Shown here: positions 1 to 10,402 of the stretch, piece by piece
Numbering within the stretch: position 1 is the first letter of the stretch
How the letters are laid out: each line of letters opens with the position of its first letter
Assembly: GCA_963666565.1 (NCBI GenBank)
Contig: OY762911.1
Span: 1,856,001-1,920,000 of the forward strand
Direction of reading: 5' to 3'
DNA from: Thermoanaerobaculia bacterium
GTDB lineage: Bacteria > Acidobacteriota > Thermoanaerobaculia > Multivoradales > Multivoraceae
DNA length: 64,000 nucleotides
The notes under the pieces: generated by a model
Databases searched by the model: none
What the model was told of the DNA's origin: nothing
Seen by the model: the letters and a program-made list of their open reading frames with translations, nothing else
Position numbers and translations under genes: made by a program

Positions 1-1164
1 GACCGCCTGGAGGCCGCCGGCGCCTGTCACGGGGAACTCGCCGGCTGGGAGCGACCGAACTGGTACGCGCCGGCGGGCGTGCCGGCCCGCTACGAGTACA
101 GCTACGGACGCCAGAACTGGTTCGAGTACTCGGCCGCCGAGCATCGGGCCGTGCGGGAGAACGTGGCACTGTTCGACCAGTCGTCGTTCGCGAAGTTCCG
201 CCTGGAAGGCCGGGACGCGGCCAGGGTGCTCAACCGGGTCTGCGCCAACGATGTCGACGTGCCGCCCGGCCGCATCGTTTACACGCAGTGGCTCAACGAG
301 CGCGGCGGCATCGAGGCGGACCTCACGGTGACGCGCCTGGCGGAAGACAGCTTCCTCATCGTCACCGCCGCCGCCTCCGAGGTGCGGGACTTTCACTGGC
401 TCAAGGGCCACATTCCGGACGACGCGCACTGCGTCCTTGTGAACGTGACCTCGGCGATGGGCGTGATCTCCCTGATGGGCCCGGCTTCCCGCGCGCTCCT
501 CCAGTCCCTGACGCCGGCGAACCTGGCCAACGAAGCGTTCCCGTTCGCGACCAGCCGCGAGATCGAACTGGGCTACGGCCTGGTGCGGGCGTCGCGCATC
601 ACCTACGTCGGCGAACTCGGTTGGGAGCTCTACGTTCCCGCGGAGTTCGCGGCGGGCGTCTACGACGAGGTCGTGGCCGCCGGCGAGGCGTTCGGTCTGG
701 TGCATGCCGGCTACCACGCCCTGGACTCGCTGCGCATCGAGAAGGCCTACCGTCACTGGGGCCACGACATCACCGACCAGGACTCGCCGCTCGAAGCGGG
801 GCTCGGGTTCGCCGTCAGGTTCGACAAGCCCGGCGGCTTCATCGGGCGCGAGGCGCTGCTCAGGCAGAAGGAGAGCGGGGTCGCGAAGCGCCTGATCCAG
901 TTCAGACTCCGGGATCCGCAGCCGTTGCTCTACCACAACGAACCGATCTGGCTGGGCGACGAAATCGCCGGCTACGTCACCTCCGGGAACTACGGCCACA
1001 GCCTTGGAGCGGCCGTCGGCCTCGGCTACGTTCCCATGTCGCTGTTGCCGGACTTCCCGGAACTGGCCAGTGGATTCGAGATCGAGGTCGCCGGCGTCCC
1101 CGTCCCGGCCGAGGCCTCCCTCCGGCCCATGGTCGACCCTGGCGGCAAGCGCGTTCGCAACTGA
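1..1164 (+). CDS. GcvT-family aminomethyltransferase domain (C-terminal part of a dimethylglycine/sarcosine dehydrogenase-like protein), 5'-truncated by the window edge
   Basis: The frame is open from base 1 (DRLEAAGACHGELAGWERPNWY...). Motifs FDQSSFAKF, RITYVGELGWELY, LDSLRIEKAYRHWG and GYVTSGNYGHSLG. Confidence 0.9.
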   Translation, partial: DRLEAAGACHGELAGWERPNWYAPAGVPARYEYSYGRQNWFEYSAAEHRAVRENVALFDQSSFAKFRLEGRDAARVLNRVCANDVDVPPGRIVYTQWLNERGGIEADLTVTRLAEDSFLIVTAAASEVRDFHWLKGHIPDDAHCVLVNVTSAMGVISLMGPASRALLQSLTPANLANEAFPFATSREIELGYGLVRASRITYVGELGWELYVPAEFAAGVYDEVVAAGEAFGLVHAGYHALDSLRIEKAYRHWGHDITDQDSPLEAGLGFAVRFDKPGGFIGREALLRQKESGVAKRLIQFRLRDPQPLLYHNEPIWLGDEIAGYVTSGNYGHSLGAAVGLGYVPMSLLPDFPELASGFEIEVAGVPVPAEASLRPMVDPGGKRVRN

Positions 1165-1229
1165 AACGGAGTAGGCTCGCCTGCGCGCGACTTCAGCTTG
1201 CGCTTCGAGCGCCGACGATCGAGCCAACG

Positions 1230-2579
1230 ATGCACTCCCGACCTTCCCAGGCCGTGATCCTGGCCGGCGGCCGGGGCACCCGCCTGGCGCCGCTGACGGA
1301 CACCCTGCCCAAGGCGCTGATTCCGTTCCACGGCAAGCCGTTCCTCGGCCATGTGATCGACATGCTGCGCGAGCAGGGCTTCGAGCGCGTCCTGCTGCTG
1401 CTCGGCTATCGCGCCGAGGCGATGATCGACCACTTCGGCGATGGCTCCGCCTACGGTGTCGAGATCAGCCACCGGGTGACGGCCCCGGACGACCTGACGG
1501 CGCACCGGGTCAAGGACGCGTCCGACGAACTGGACGACCTGTTCCTGCTCCTCTACTGCGACAACTACTGGCCGATGCAGTTCGACCGGATGTGGCGCGC
1601 CTACGTCGACTCCGGGGCGTCGGCCCAGATCACGGTCTACGCGAACCGGGACGGCTACACCCGCGACAGCGTGATCGTGGGCGAGGACGGCTTCGTCACC
1701 GTCTTCGACCGCGGTCGGACGACTCCGGGGCTCCGGGGAGTCGAGATCAGCTACGCGATCCTCGAGAGGTCGGCGGTGTTGCCGCTCCTGCCGGATCACC
1801 AGGAGCTGTTTGAGGAGGCCGTCTACCCGGCACTGACCGCCCGGGGCGAACTGCGCGCCTACTGGAGCGAGCACCGCTACTACAGCGTCGGCGGCCACGA
1901 GCGGCTACCGCTGACCGAGGCCTTCTTCGCCCGCACGCCGACGATCATCCTCGACCGCGACGGCGTCCTCAACGTGCGCCCGCCGCGGGCGGAGTACGTC
2001 TGCACGCCTGGCGAGCTGCTCTGGCTACCGGGCGCCCGCGAGGCGCTGGCCGCCTTCAACCGGGCCGGCTGGCGGGTGCTCGTCGTGTCGAACCAGCCGG
2101 GAGTCGCCCGTGGCCGCATGACGCTGGACGACCTGGCCGCGGTGCATCGACGCCTGTGCGCCGAGGTGGAAGAGGCCGGTGGACGGATAGACCGCATCTA
2201 CTTCTGTCCGCACGGCTGGGACGAGGGCTGCGACTGCCGCAAGCCGGCGCCGGGAATGCTCTTCCAGGCGCAGCGCGATCATCATCTCGATCTCACCCGG
2301 ACGACTTTCCTCGGCGACGACGAGCGCGACGGGCAGGCGGCGGACGCGGCGGGCTGCCGGTTCGGCTTGGTGACCGAAGACGAGCCGCTGATCGCGCACG
2401 CCGAGCGGCTTCTGAAGTCCGCGGCAGAACGGGATGCGGCGGCATCCAGGTCCGCTCGCATCGCGCCCGCGTCCGGCGCGCCAAGCGGGTCCGACGGCTG
2501 CGTCCCGGCCGCATCCAGCGCGCAAAGCCGGTCCGACGGCCGCCCGGTGCCGCCGCCATCGCCAGGGACGCCGGCATGA
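1230..2579 (+). CDS. Sugar-phosphate nucleotidyltransferase (HddC-like) fused to a HAD-IIIA phosphatase (GmhB-like)
   Basis: N-terminal [12 protein letters not shown]...PKAL. C-terminal [26 protein letters not shown] and [11 protein letters not shown] at 1230 lies within track ORF 288..2579. Confidence 0.88.
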   Translation: MHSRPSQAVILAGGRGTRLAPLTDTLPKALIPFHGKPFLGHVIDMLREQGFERVLLLLGYRAEAMIDHFGDGSAYGVEISHRVTAPDDLTAHRVKDASDELDDLFLLLYCDNYWPMQFDRMWRAYVDSGASAQITVYANRDGYTRDSVIVGEDGFVTVFDRGRTTPGLRGVEISYAILERSAVLPLLPDHQELFEEAVYPALTARGELRAYWSEHRYYSVGGHERLPLTEAFFARTPTIILDRDGVLNVRPPRAEYVCTPGELLWLPGAREALAAFNRAGWRVLVVSNQPGVARGRMTLDDLAAVHRRLCAEVEEAGGRIDRIYFCPHGWDEGCDCRKPAPGMLFQAQRDHHLDLTRTTFLGDDERDGQAADAAGCRFGLVTEDEPLIAHAERLLKSAAERDAAASRSARIAPASGAPSGSDGCVPAASSAQSRSDGRPVPPPSPGTPA

Positions 2580-3655
2580 GCAGCGTCGGCGCGCGCCGTC
2601 CGGTCCTGGTGACGGGGCACCGCGGTTATCTCGGCTCGGTCATGGCGCCGTATCTCGTGGAGCGCGGCTACGACGTCGTCGGGCTCGATTACGGCTACTT
2701 CGACGATTGCTCGATCGCCGCCGACCCCGTGCCGATCCCGTCGATCCGGAAGGACATCCGGGATCTGGCGCCGGCCGACCTGCGTGCCTTCTACGCGATC
2801 GTCCACCTGGCGGCGCTCTCGAACGATCCGATCGGCAACCTGGACGAGACCTGGACGGAGGAGATCAATCACCGTTCTTCCGTCCGCCTGGCCGAACTGG
2901 CCCGCGCGGCCGATGTACGTCGCTTCCTGTTCTCGTCTTCGTGCATCATGTACGGCCAGTCCAGCACGGAAACGGTGGACGAGACCTCGCCGCTCGACCC
3001 GCGGACCCTGTACGCGCGTTCCAAGGTCCGGAGCGAGGAGGCGATCCGGGAGCTGGCGCGGGACGGTTTCTCGCCCACGTTCCTGCGCAACGGCACCGTG
3101 TACGGCCTGTCACCCCGGATGCGTTTCGACACTGTCCTGAACGACCTGACCGGAGCCGCCTTCGCCAACCGGCGAGTCGTCGTCTACGGCGACGGCAAGC
3201 CGTGGCGGCCGGTCGTCCACGTCGGGGACGTGGCAGCGGCGTTCGGCCGCGTGCTCGAAGCGCCGCTCTCGCTGGTTCACAACGAGGCCTTCAACACCGG
3301 CGCCGACCACCTGAACCACCGCGTGATCGAACTGGCGGAGATCGCGGCCGATCTCGTGCCCGGCTGTGAGATCGAGGTGCGCGGTGAACCCGGCGCCGAC
3401 CAGCGCACCTACCGCGCCTCGTTCGGGAAGTTCGCCCGCGCTTTCCCGGACTTCGAGTTCCGGGACGCGGCCGCCGGAGCGAAGCGGTTGGTCGAGGACT
3501 ACCGCCGCATCGGGCTCGACGCGGCGCTCTACGGCGACGCGCGCTTCGTCCGCCTGCGCTGGCTCGAACGTCTGCTCGACGCGGAGCGGCTGGACGGCTC
3601 GCTGCGCTGGGCGGGCGGCACCGCCGGCGAGGCAAACCGGGAGGACAAGGGATGA
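2576..3655 (+). CDS. NAD-dependent epimerase/dehydratase (extended SDR)
   Basis: [12 protein letters not shown] Rossmann motif, HLAALSND and a YxxxK motif (YARSK). ATGA overlap with the upstream stop. Confidence 0.9.
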   Translation: MSSVGARRPVLVTGHRGYLGSVMAPYLVERGYDVVGLDYGYFDDCSIAADPVPIPSIRKDIRDLAPADLRAFYAIVHLAALSNDPIGNLDETWTEEINHRSSVRLAELARAADVRRFLFSSSCIMYGQSSTETVDETSPLDPRTLYARSKVRSEEAIRELARDGFSPTFLRNGTVYGLSPRMRFDTVLNDLTGAAFANRRVVVYGDGKPWRPVVHVGDVAAAFGRVLEAPLSLVHNEAFNTGADHLNHRVIELAEIAADLVPGCEIEVRGEPGADQRTYRASFGKFARAFPDFEFRDAAAGAKRLVEDYRRIGLDAALYGDARFVRLRWLERLLDAERLDGSLRWAGGTAGEANREDKG

Positions 3656-4101
3656 TCCACGGCGTCAAGGTGGTTCCGCTTCGTCAGGTCGTCGACGAGC
3701 GGGGCAAGATCATGCACATGCTGAAGGCCACGGACGAGCACTTCCTCGGCTTCGGCGAGATCTACTTCTCGACCGCCTGGCCGGGGACGATCAAGGCCTG
3801 GCACATCCACCGCTCGATGACGGTGAACAACGCGGTGATCAGCGGCCGGGCCAAGCTCGTCATGTACGACCTGCGCGAGGACTCGCCGACCCGCGGCGAG
3901 CTCCAGGAGGTCTTCTTCGGCGAGGACAACTACGTCCTGGTCCAGATCCCGCCCGGGATCGCCAACGGCTACAAGGCGTACGGCGACAAGCAGGTCATCA
4001 TGGCGAACGCCGCGACCGAGCCGCACGATCCCGGCGAGATGGACCGGCTCGATCCGTTCACCGACCGGATCCCCTACGACTGGGCGCTCCAGCACGGTTG
4101 A
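3652..4101 (+). CDS. RmlC-like dTDP-4-dehydrorhamnose 3,5-epimerase family cupin
   Basis: [27 protein letters not shown] and IPPGIANGY motifs. ATGA overlap. Confidence 0.88.
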   Translation: MIHGVKVVPLRQVVDERGKIMHMLKATDEHFLGFGEIYFSTAWPGTIKAWHIHRSMTVNNAVISGRAKLVMYDLREDSPTRGELQEVFFGEDNYVLVQIPPGIANGYKAYGDKQVIMANAATEPHDPGEMDRLDPFTDRIPYDWALQHG

Positions 4102-4123
4102 GGCGGCCGGAACCTCCGCAGAC

Positions 4124-5131
4124 GTGGACGCATCGCGCCTGATCGTTACCCGTACGCCGTTGCGGGTGTCCCTGGTGGGCGGCGGCACCGACCTGCCGGC
4201 GTTTTACCGGCGCGAGGGCGGCGCGGCGCTCTCGACCACCATCGACCGCTACGTCTACGTGACGGTCAAACGGCACAGCGAGCTGTTCTTCGAGCCGGTG
4301 CGCGTGAACTACTCGCGCAGCGAGCAGGTCGAACGGATCGACGAACTGGAGAACAACATCGCGCGCGAGTGCTTGCGATTCGTGGGCGTCGACCCGCCGG
4401 TCTACATCTCCACGGTCGGCGACGTGCCGGCTTCGACCGGGCTCGGCGGATCGAGCGCCTTCGCCGTCGGCCTGCTGAACGCGCTCCACTCCTACAAGGG
4501 GGAGCGCGCCTCGGCGGGGCAGTTGGCGGAGGAGGCCTGCCACATCGAGATCGACGTCCTGGGCGCGCGGATCGGCAAGCAGGACCAGTACGCGGCGGCC
4601 TACGGCGGGCTCAACCTGCTGTCGTTCAAGCGGGACGGCGGCGTGACCGTCGAGCACCTGCGGATTCCGGGCGACCGGCTGCGCGAGCTGTTCCGCTCGG
4701 TGCTCATGTTCTGGACCGGACACCAGCGGGACGCGAGCGCGGTGCTCTCGGAGCAGGACGACCGCACCGAGCTGAACCTGGAGTCGCTGCGCAGGATGCG
4801 GGACCAGGCGCGCGACCTGCACCGGGATCTCGGCGCCGGTGACGTCGACGTCGAGGGCATCGGCCGGCTCCTCGACGAGGGCTGGCGGATGAAGCGGGAG
4901 CTCGCGGGATCCATCACGACACCGCTGATCGACGGTTGGTACGACGCGGCCGTCGCGGCCGGCGCCCTGGGCGGCAAGCTCTGCGGCGCCGGCGGCGGCG
5001 GTTTCCTGCTGTTCGTCGTGCCGCCCGACCGGCAGGCCGCGGTCCGCTCGGCGCTGGCCGACCTGTACGAGTTGCCCGTCGGCCACGAGTCCCACGGCTC
5101 GCAGTTGGTCGCCCCGTTCCACCATGGCTAG
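4124..5131 (+). CDS. GHMP kinase, D-glycero-alpha-D-manno-heptose-7-phosphate kinase (HddA)-like
   Basis: RTPLRVSLVGGGTD, PASTGLGGSSA, IGKQDQYAAAYGG and GKLCGAGGGGF. Confidence 0.88.
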   Translation: MDASRLIVTRTPLRVSLVGGGTDLPAFYRREGGAALSTTIDRYVYVTVKRHSELFFEPVRVNYSRSEQVERIDELENNIARECLRFVGVDPPVYISTVGDVPASTGLGGSSAFAVGLLNALHSYKGERASAGQLAEEACHIEIDVLGARIGKQDQYAAAYGGLNLLSFKRDGGVTVEHLRIPGDRLRELFRSVLMFWTGHQRDASAVLSEQDDRTELNLESLRRMRDQARDLHRDLGAGDVDVEGIGRLLDEGWRMKRELAGSITTPLIDGWYDAAVAAGALGGKLCGAGGGGFLLFVVPPDRQAAVRSALADLYELPVGHESHGSQLVAPFHHG

Positions 5132-6347
5132 TTGCCTCGTCTGCGCGCAACCCTCCGTCGAGCCCTTCCTCGACCTGGGCAGCACCGCGCTCGCCAACAA
5201 GTTCCCGAGCGTCGCCGACCTGAGCCGTCCCGAACCGCGCTTCCCGCTGCGCGTCGGCTTCTGCCATGGCTGCGGCCACGTGCAGCTCGTCGATCGCGTG
5301 CCGCCGGAGGCGATGTTCACGGACTATCTCTACGTGTCGTCCGCCTCGGACACGCTGTGCGCCCACTTCGACGACCTGGCGGCCACGCTCACCGCCCGCC
5401 ACGGCCTCGCCGATGGCGGCCTCGTCATCGACATCGGCTGCAACGACGCTTCGCTCCTCTCCTGCTTCCGCGATCGCGGCGCCCGCACCCTCGGCGTCGA
5501 CCCGGCGGAGAACCTGGCCGAGTACAGCCGCGACACCGGTATCGAGCGCTACCGGGGCTTCTTCGGTGCGGACACCGCCGGCGAGATCGCCGATCGCTGG
5601 GGCCGGGCGGCGCTGGTCACGGCGACCAACACCTTTCCGCACATCCCCGACCTTGCCGGCTTCGTCGCCGGCCTCGACGCCGTGCTGGCGCCCGGCGGCG
5701 CCTTCGTGCTGGAAGCGCACTACCTCGTCGATCTCCTCGACCAGCTCGCGTTCGACACCGTGTACCACGAGCACGTCTCCTATTGGGCGCTGGGCCCGAT
5801 GACGCGGCTCTTCGAGGGCCACGGCATGGAGGTTGTGCGGGCGGAGCGCCTGCCGATCCACCACGGCCAGCTCCGGGCCACCGTCATGCGCCGCGGCGAG
5901 GGCGACGTGAACGCAAGCGTCGACGAGATCCTGGCGGCCGAGAGGCAGCTCGGCATTGACCGCTTGGAGACTTGGAGCGGGTTCGCGGCGCGAGTCGACC
6001 GCCTGAAGACCGAGGTCGTGAACTGCCTCCGCGGCCTGAAGGCCGACGGCCGCCGTCTCGCCGGCTACGGCGCACCCGCCAAGGGCAGCACGCTGCTCGA
6101 ATTCTTCGGCGTAGGCCCGGAGCTGCTCGACTTCATCGCCGACCGCAGCCCGCTGAAGCAGGGCCGCTACACGCCGGGCTCCCACATCCCGATCGTCGCG
6201 CCGGAGCGACTGATCGAGGAACCGTCGCCCGACCACGTCCTGCTCCTGGCCTGGAACTTCGAGGACGAGATCCTCGCCCAGCAGGCCGAGTTCCGCCGCC
6301 GCGGCGGCGGGTTCATCCTGCCGGTGCCGGAAGTCCGCATCGTCTGA
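5124..6347 (+). CDS. NDP-hexose C-methyltransferase family (N-terminal Zn-binding region, SAM domain, C-terminal domain)
   Basis: CxxC...CxxC N-terminus, IDIGCNDA, FDTVYHEHVSY, GYGAPAKG, KQGRYTPGSHIPI and LLLAWNF. Confidence 0.88.
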   Translation: MASCLVCAQPSVEPFLDLGSTALANKFPSVADLSRPEPRFPLRVGFCHGCGHVQLVDRVPPEAMFTDYLYVSSASDTLCAHFDDLAATLTARHGLADGGLVIDIGCNDASLLSCFRDRGARTLGVDPAENLAEYSRDTGIERYRGFFGADTAGEIADRWGRAALVTATNTFPHIPDLAGFVAGLDAVLAPGGAFVLEAHYLVDLLDQLAFDTVYHEHVSYWALGPMTRLFEGHGMEVVRAERLPIHHGQLRATVMRRGEGDVNASVDEILAAERQLGIDRLETWSGFAARVDRLKTEVVNCLRGLKADGRRLAGYGAPAKGSTLLEFFGVGPELLDFIADRSPLKQGRYTPGSHIPIVAPERLIEEPSPDHVLLLAWNFEDEILAQQAEFRRRGGGFILPVPEVRIV

Positions 6348-6360
6348 CCCTGGGTTCGCC

Positions 6361-6384
6361 GGGTGCGCGGGTCTTCCGACCCGC
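6361..6384 (+). repeat. REP-like palindromic repeat (family consensus CTGGGTGCGCGGGTCTTCCGACCCGC)
   Basis: GGGTGCGCGGGTCTTCCGACCCGC just after the stop of the C-methyltransferase. Hairpin GCGGGTC-TTCC-GACCCGC. Confidence 0.8.
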
Positions 6385-6441
6385 ATCGAGCGCGATGCTG
6401 CGAAGCAGCGAAGCACGACCTACGATCGAGAGGAACCGATT

Positions 6442-6495
6442 TTCTCCTTGTGAGAAGGAGAACTTTGTGCCATAGTCTCCTTCCTGGAGGGAGAA
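6442..6495. promoter_or_regulatory. Tandem palindromic operator-like sites upstream of the AAA+DUF4143 gene
   Basis: TTCTCCTT-gtgag-AAGGAGAA (6442-6462) and TCTCCTT-cctgg-AGGGAGAA (6476-6495), 33 bp apart. The second overlaps the RBS. Confidence 0.5.
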
Positions 6496-6499
6496 TGCG

Positions 6500-7846
6500 G
6501 TGGAGGCGATGCCAACTCAGCTAAGGCACGTGCTCTCCGAGCTGCTCGCCGAGTCGTTGCGGAACCCGCTTCCTCCACACACGCCGCGGCGCGTCAGAGG
6601 GCGCACGCGGTTTGCCGGGAAGGTCACCGCGGTGCTGGGGATGCGGAGAGCCGGCAAGACGACGTTTCTTCACCAGCTCAGGAGGGAGTGGGCGCCTGAA
6701 GGCGAGGCGCCGTTCCATGCGCCCTACGTGTCGTTCGAGGACGACCGGTTGACGGGCCTGGAGACGCGGCATCTCGACTTCCTTCTCGACGAGTACGACC
6801 GACTGTCACCCGCGGGACCGGATAGCGCAGGGGTGATGTGGTGCTTCGACGAAGTTCACCTCGTGCCGGGCTGGGAACGCTTCGTGCGGCGGTTGCTCGA
6901 CACCCGGCAGGTGGAGGTGTTCGTTTCGGGATCGTCGGCGGCGCTGCTGTCCAGGGAGATCGCCACCGCGCTTCGGGGTCGCGCCTGGCAGGTGCTGATC
7001 CATCCGTTCAGCTTCGAGGAGGCTCTTCTTCACCGGGGCATCGCCGTTCCGGGCGAAACGGAGCGACTTGCTCGCGAAGAGCGGGTGCATCTGGAGCGAG
7101 CCTTCTCGGCCTGGCTCGGTACCGGCGGATTCCCCGAGGCCCAGGGCCTCGACGCCTCCTCGCGCCAGCAGTTGTTGAGGGACTACGTGGATGTCGCCAT
7201 TCTGCGGGACGTGGTGGAGCGCCACAGCGTCGGCAACGTCACCGGGTTGCGGTGGCTGGTCAGGCAGTTGCTCGGCAACGCCGGCGGCCTGTTCAGCGTC
7301 GAGAAGTTCCATGGCGCGGTCAAGTCGCAGGGGCTCGCCATCGCGCGGGACACGGTGCATCGGTTTCTCGGCTACCTGGAGGACTGCTTTCTCGTCCGTG
7401 TGGTGTGGATGGAGTCGAACTCGGAACGGCAGCGCATGGTCAACCCGCGCAAGGTGTACCCGGTCGATACGGGCCTGACTCCGCTCTTCGATCGCACTGG
7501 GCGCGCGAACGTGGGTCATGCCCTCGAAACGGCCGTTCTGGTCGAACTGGACCGCAGGCGGCTCGACGTGACCTACGTGCGAACTCGAAAGGGATACGAG
7601 GTCGACTTCCTCGTTCGCTACGCCGACGGGCGTCGCGAGCTCATTCAGGTCTGCGCCGACGCATCGGACCCGGTGACTGCCGAACGGGAGCTGCGGGCTC
7701 TCGAGGCGGCGGGCGAGGCGTTTCCCGATGCCGGCAAGCTGCTGATCACCCTCCATCGAGACGGCATTCCGCCGGAGTTGCCGGCTGACGTAGCGGCCAA
7801 GCCTGCCTACGTCTGGGCACTCGGAGATCCTGACGGACCGGGTTGA
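6500..7846 (+). CDS. AAA+ ATPase (AAA_14) with C-terminal DUF4143 domain
   Basis: Walker A GMRRAGKTT, Walker B CFDEVH, SGSSA, GGFPEA, RKVYPVDTG and EVDF. Confidence 0.88.
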   Translation: MEAMPTQLRHVLSELLAESLRNPLPPHTPRRVRGRTRFAGKVTAVLGMRRAGKTTFLHQLRREWAPEGEAPFHAPYVSFEDDRLTGLETRHLDFLLDEYDRLSPAGPDSAGVMWCFDEVHLVPGWERFVRRLLDTRQVEVFVSGSSAALLSREIATALRGRAWQVLIHPFSFEEALLHRGIAVPGETERLAREERVHLERAFSAWLGTGGFPEAQGLDASSRQQLLRDYVDVAILRDVVERHSVGNVTGLRWLVRQLLGNAGGLFSVEKFHGAVKSQGLAIARDTVHRFLGYLEDCFLVRVVWMESNSERQRMVNPRKVYPVDTGLTPLFDRTGRANVGHALETAVLVELDRRRLDVTYVRTRKGYEVDFLVRYADGRRELIQVCADASDPVTAERELRALEAAGEAFPDAGKLLITLHRDGIPPELPADVAAKPAYVWALGDPDGPG

Positions 7847-7940
7847 TGAACCTGGATGCTCCCGAGTGCCTGGGGGCGCGGCTCGCTACCGGTCGGCGCC
7901 TTCGGTGACGCCTCGGTCGCGTGGAAGCGGCTATCGGCGG

Positions 7941-9386
7941 TCAGCGTTCCCGGAAGCTGTACAGCTTCGTCCTGGTCCGCATGACCAGCCGGTCGCCCGC
8001 CAGCGCCGGCGACGCGAGGGTCATCTCGTCCAGCGGGTTCGCGTGGAGTTGCTCGAACTCGTCGCCGGTACCGAACACGAAGGTCGTGCCGGCCTCGTCG
8101 GTGGCGAAGACGCGGTCGCGGTAGGCCCAGGGCGAGGTCGTGAAGTGGCCGTTCGAGTCCTCGATCCGCGACCGGTACAGGCGTTCGCCGGTCGCCGCGT
8201 CGTAGCGGGCGAAGATTCCCCGGTCGTAGACGACCCACAGCGAGCCCTTGTACGGCACCGGAGTCGGGATGTAGGTGCCGGCCCGGCTGTCGTTCCAGAC
8301 GACGAAGTCGTTGCTCGTTTCGTCCTCGGCGAGGGTGAGATCGCCGGCGGCGCCGGGGCGGATCGCCGTGATCGGGCGGTTCCGGTCGCCGTGAACGCCC
8401 GACGTGACGTAGAGCAGGCCGTCGTAGGCGAAGGGCGTCGGCACCGGCAGCAGCGAGTGGCGGGCGAGCCGCCACAACTCCCGCCCCATCGTGTCGTGGC
8501 TGATGACGGTGTAGGGGCCGAGCGCCACGATCTCGGTGCGCTCCTCGTGCCGCCACACGAACGGCGTGCTCCAGGAAGTCCGGTGGTTGGGAGCGTGCGG
8601 CGCGGCGAGCCGTCCCCTGGCCGCGCGCCACATTTCGCGTCCGTCCCGCTTGGAGAAGGCGGCGAGGAACGGGTGCTCCTGGTTGTCGTTCTGGATGACG
8701 ACCAGGTCGTCCGTGAGCGCGGGCGAGGCGCCGGTGCCGAAGTCCATGTAGATCTGGAACGGGTCGAGCCGCCGCTCCCAGCGCAGCTCGCCGTCCAGCG
8801 AACAGGCCCAGAGGCCGAGGCCGGTGACGTAGACGAAGATCGTCTCGCCGTCGGTGACCGGCGTCTCGGATGCGAAGGTGTTCTTCGAGTGGCGGCCGCC
8901 CGGCGGCGGTCCGGCGAAGAAGGTGCGCCGCCAGAGTTCGGCGCCGTCCGCGATCGAGTACGCGATCAACTGGTAGTCGAGATCGACTTCGTCGGGGAAC
9001 TCGATGAAGCGTTCGTCGTGGCGCCTGAGGACTTCCTCCCAGGGAAGCCCCTGTTCCCGGAGCTCACGCATGAACTCGTTGCTGTACTCGGTGCCGAACT
9101 CGGGCCGCTTGGTTGCCTCGGTCGGTCTGGCCGCCGTGGTCAGGAAGACGGTGCTACCGACGACGATCGGCGACGACCAGCCGGAACCCGGCACGTCGAC
9201 GCTCCATTCGACGTTCTCCGTGGCGGACCAATGGAACGGCAGCCGGTCGTTGTCCGAGACCGGGATGCCGTCCGGGCCGCGGAAGCCGGGCCAGAGCGGC
9301 GTCGGCGCCGGCTCGGCGGTCTGCCCGAGCGCGGCCGCGATGGAGAAGGGCAGAACCAGCCCGGCGGCCATGAGGCAGCGGCGCAT
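7941..9386 (-). CDS. Secreted PQQ-binding-like beta-propeller repeat protein
   Basis: Signal peptide, WPGFRGPDG, GWSSPIV, ASETPVTDG and repeated G(E/R)xxW propeller motifs. Confidence 0.85.
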   Translation of the reverse strand: MRRCLMAAGLVLPFSIAAALGQTAEPAPTPLWPGFRGPDGIPVSDNDRLPFHWSATENVEWSVDVPGSGWSSPIVVGSTVFLTTAARPTEATKRPEFGTEYSNEFMRELREQGLPWEEVLRRHDERFIEFPDEVDLDYQLIAYSIADGAELWRRTFFAGPPPGGRHSKNTFASETPVTDGETIFVYVTGLGLWACSLDGELRWERRLDPFQIYMDFGTGASPALTDDLVVIQNDNQEHPFLAAFSKRDGREMWRAARGRLAAPHAPNHRTSWSTPFVWRHEERTEIVALGPYTVISHDTMGRELWRLARHSLLPVPTPFAYDGLLYVTSGVHGDRNRPITAIRPGAAGDLTLAEDETSNDFVVWNDSRAGTYIPTPVPYKGSLWVVYDRGIFARYDAATGERLYRSRIEDSNGHFTTSPWAYRDRVFATDEAGTTFVFGTGDEFEQLHANPLDEMTLASPALAGDRLVMRTRTKLYSFRER

Positions 9387-9427
9387 GGCGCGGATGTTAC
9401 CCGCCGCCCTGCGTTACGCTGCCCCGC

Positions 9428-10387
9428 GTGGCTGGGGAGGGAGTACCGACGGTCGCCGCTCTCGTCCTGAACTACAACGGGCGCGACATCACGCTGCAGG
9501 CGTTGGCGAGCCTCGAAGCGATGACCTACCCGGCCTGCGAGCTGATCCATATCGACAACGGTTCGGGCGACGGCTCGTCTGAGGCGGTCGCCGCCGCCCA
9601 CCCCAACGTCACCCAGATCCGCGTCGAGGAGAATCGGGGCGTCGTCCACGGCATGAACCAGGGCATCGAGCTCGCCGTCGCCCGCGGCGTCGACTACCTG
9701 CTGCTGCTCAACAACGACATCGAAGTGGAGCCGGACTTCCTGGACCACCTCGTCGCCGCGGCCGAGGCCGATCCGGGCATCGGCTGCGTCGGCCCGAAGA
9801 TCCTCTACCACGGCGAGCGCGACCGGCTGTGGTCGGCCGGCGGCCGCATCCGTTTCCGCGAGTCGATGACCAGGGAGCGCGGCGAGGGGCAGGTCGACCG
9901 CGGCCAGTACGACCGCGACGAGGAAGTGCCCTACGTGAACGGCTGCGCCATGCTGGTGCGCCGCAGCGTCGTCGAGGAGATCGGCCTCTGGGATCCGCTC
10001 TTCCACCTCGCGCTCGACGACGCCGACTGGTGCATGAGGATGAAGGCGCTCGGCTATCGCTGCTACTACGCGCACCGGGCCGTGCTGTACCACATGGTGG
10101 CCCGCACGGTCGGCGGCTACCGGGCCTCGCGGACGTTCTTCAACGGCCGCAGCGCCGCGCTCTTCGTGCGCCGCTACGGCGGTCCGCTCCAGTGGTGCTC
10201 GTTCCTGGCTTTCCTCTCGGCAGGCCTGTTCCTCGCCTTCTTCCGCGAACTCGTCCGCGGCAACCAGGGCGCCGTCATCGCCAAGCTCCGCGGCGTGATC
10301 GAGGGCCTCCGGGCGCCGATGCCGCCGCCGCCGCGGATCGATCTGCGGGAGGACCAGGCACCGGCTGCAACTCCGGCCTCGCCATGA
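9428..10387 (+). CDS. Glycosyltransferase family 2
   Basis: VLNYNG, IDNGSGDGS, LLNND (DxD-like), NGCAMLVRR and DDADW. Confidence 0.9.
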   Translation: MAGEGVPTVAALVLNYNGRDITLQALASLEAMTYPACELIHIDNGSGDGSSEAVAAAHPNVTQIRVEENRGVVHGMNQGIELAVARGVDYLLLLNNDIEVEPDFLDHLVAAAEADPGIGCVGPKILYHGERDRLWSAGGRIRFRESMTRERGEGQVDRGQYDRDEEVPYVNGCAMLVRRSVVEEIGLWDPLFHLALDDADWCMRMKALGYRCYYAHRAVLYHMVARTVGGYRASRTFFNGRSAALFVRRYGGPLQWCSFLAFLSAGLFLAFFRELVRGNQGAVIAKLRGVIEGLRAPMPPPPRIDLREDQAPAATPASP

Positions 10388-10402
10388 CAGTGTTGCCGCC
10401 TT

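Noticed and set aside
288-1229. N-terminal extension of track ORF 288..2579
   Set aside because: It overlaps the GcvT gene out of frame. The recognisable protein starts at ATG 1230.
2420-2579. Low-complexity C-terminal tail with a short repeat (GGTCCGACGGC twice)
   Set aside because: It is too short and GC-rich to separate from chance or a simple stop-codon extension.
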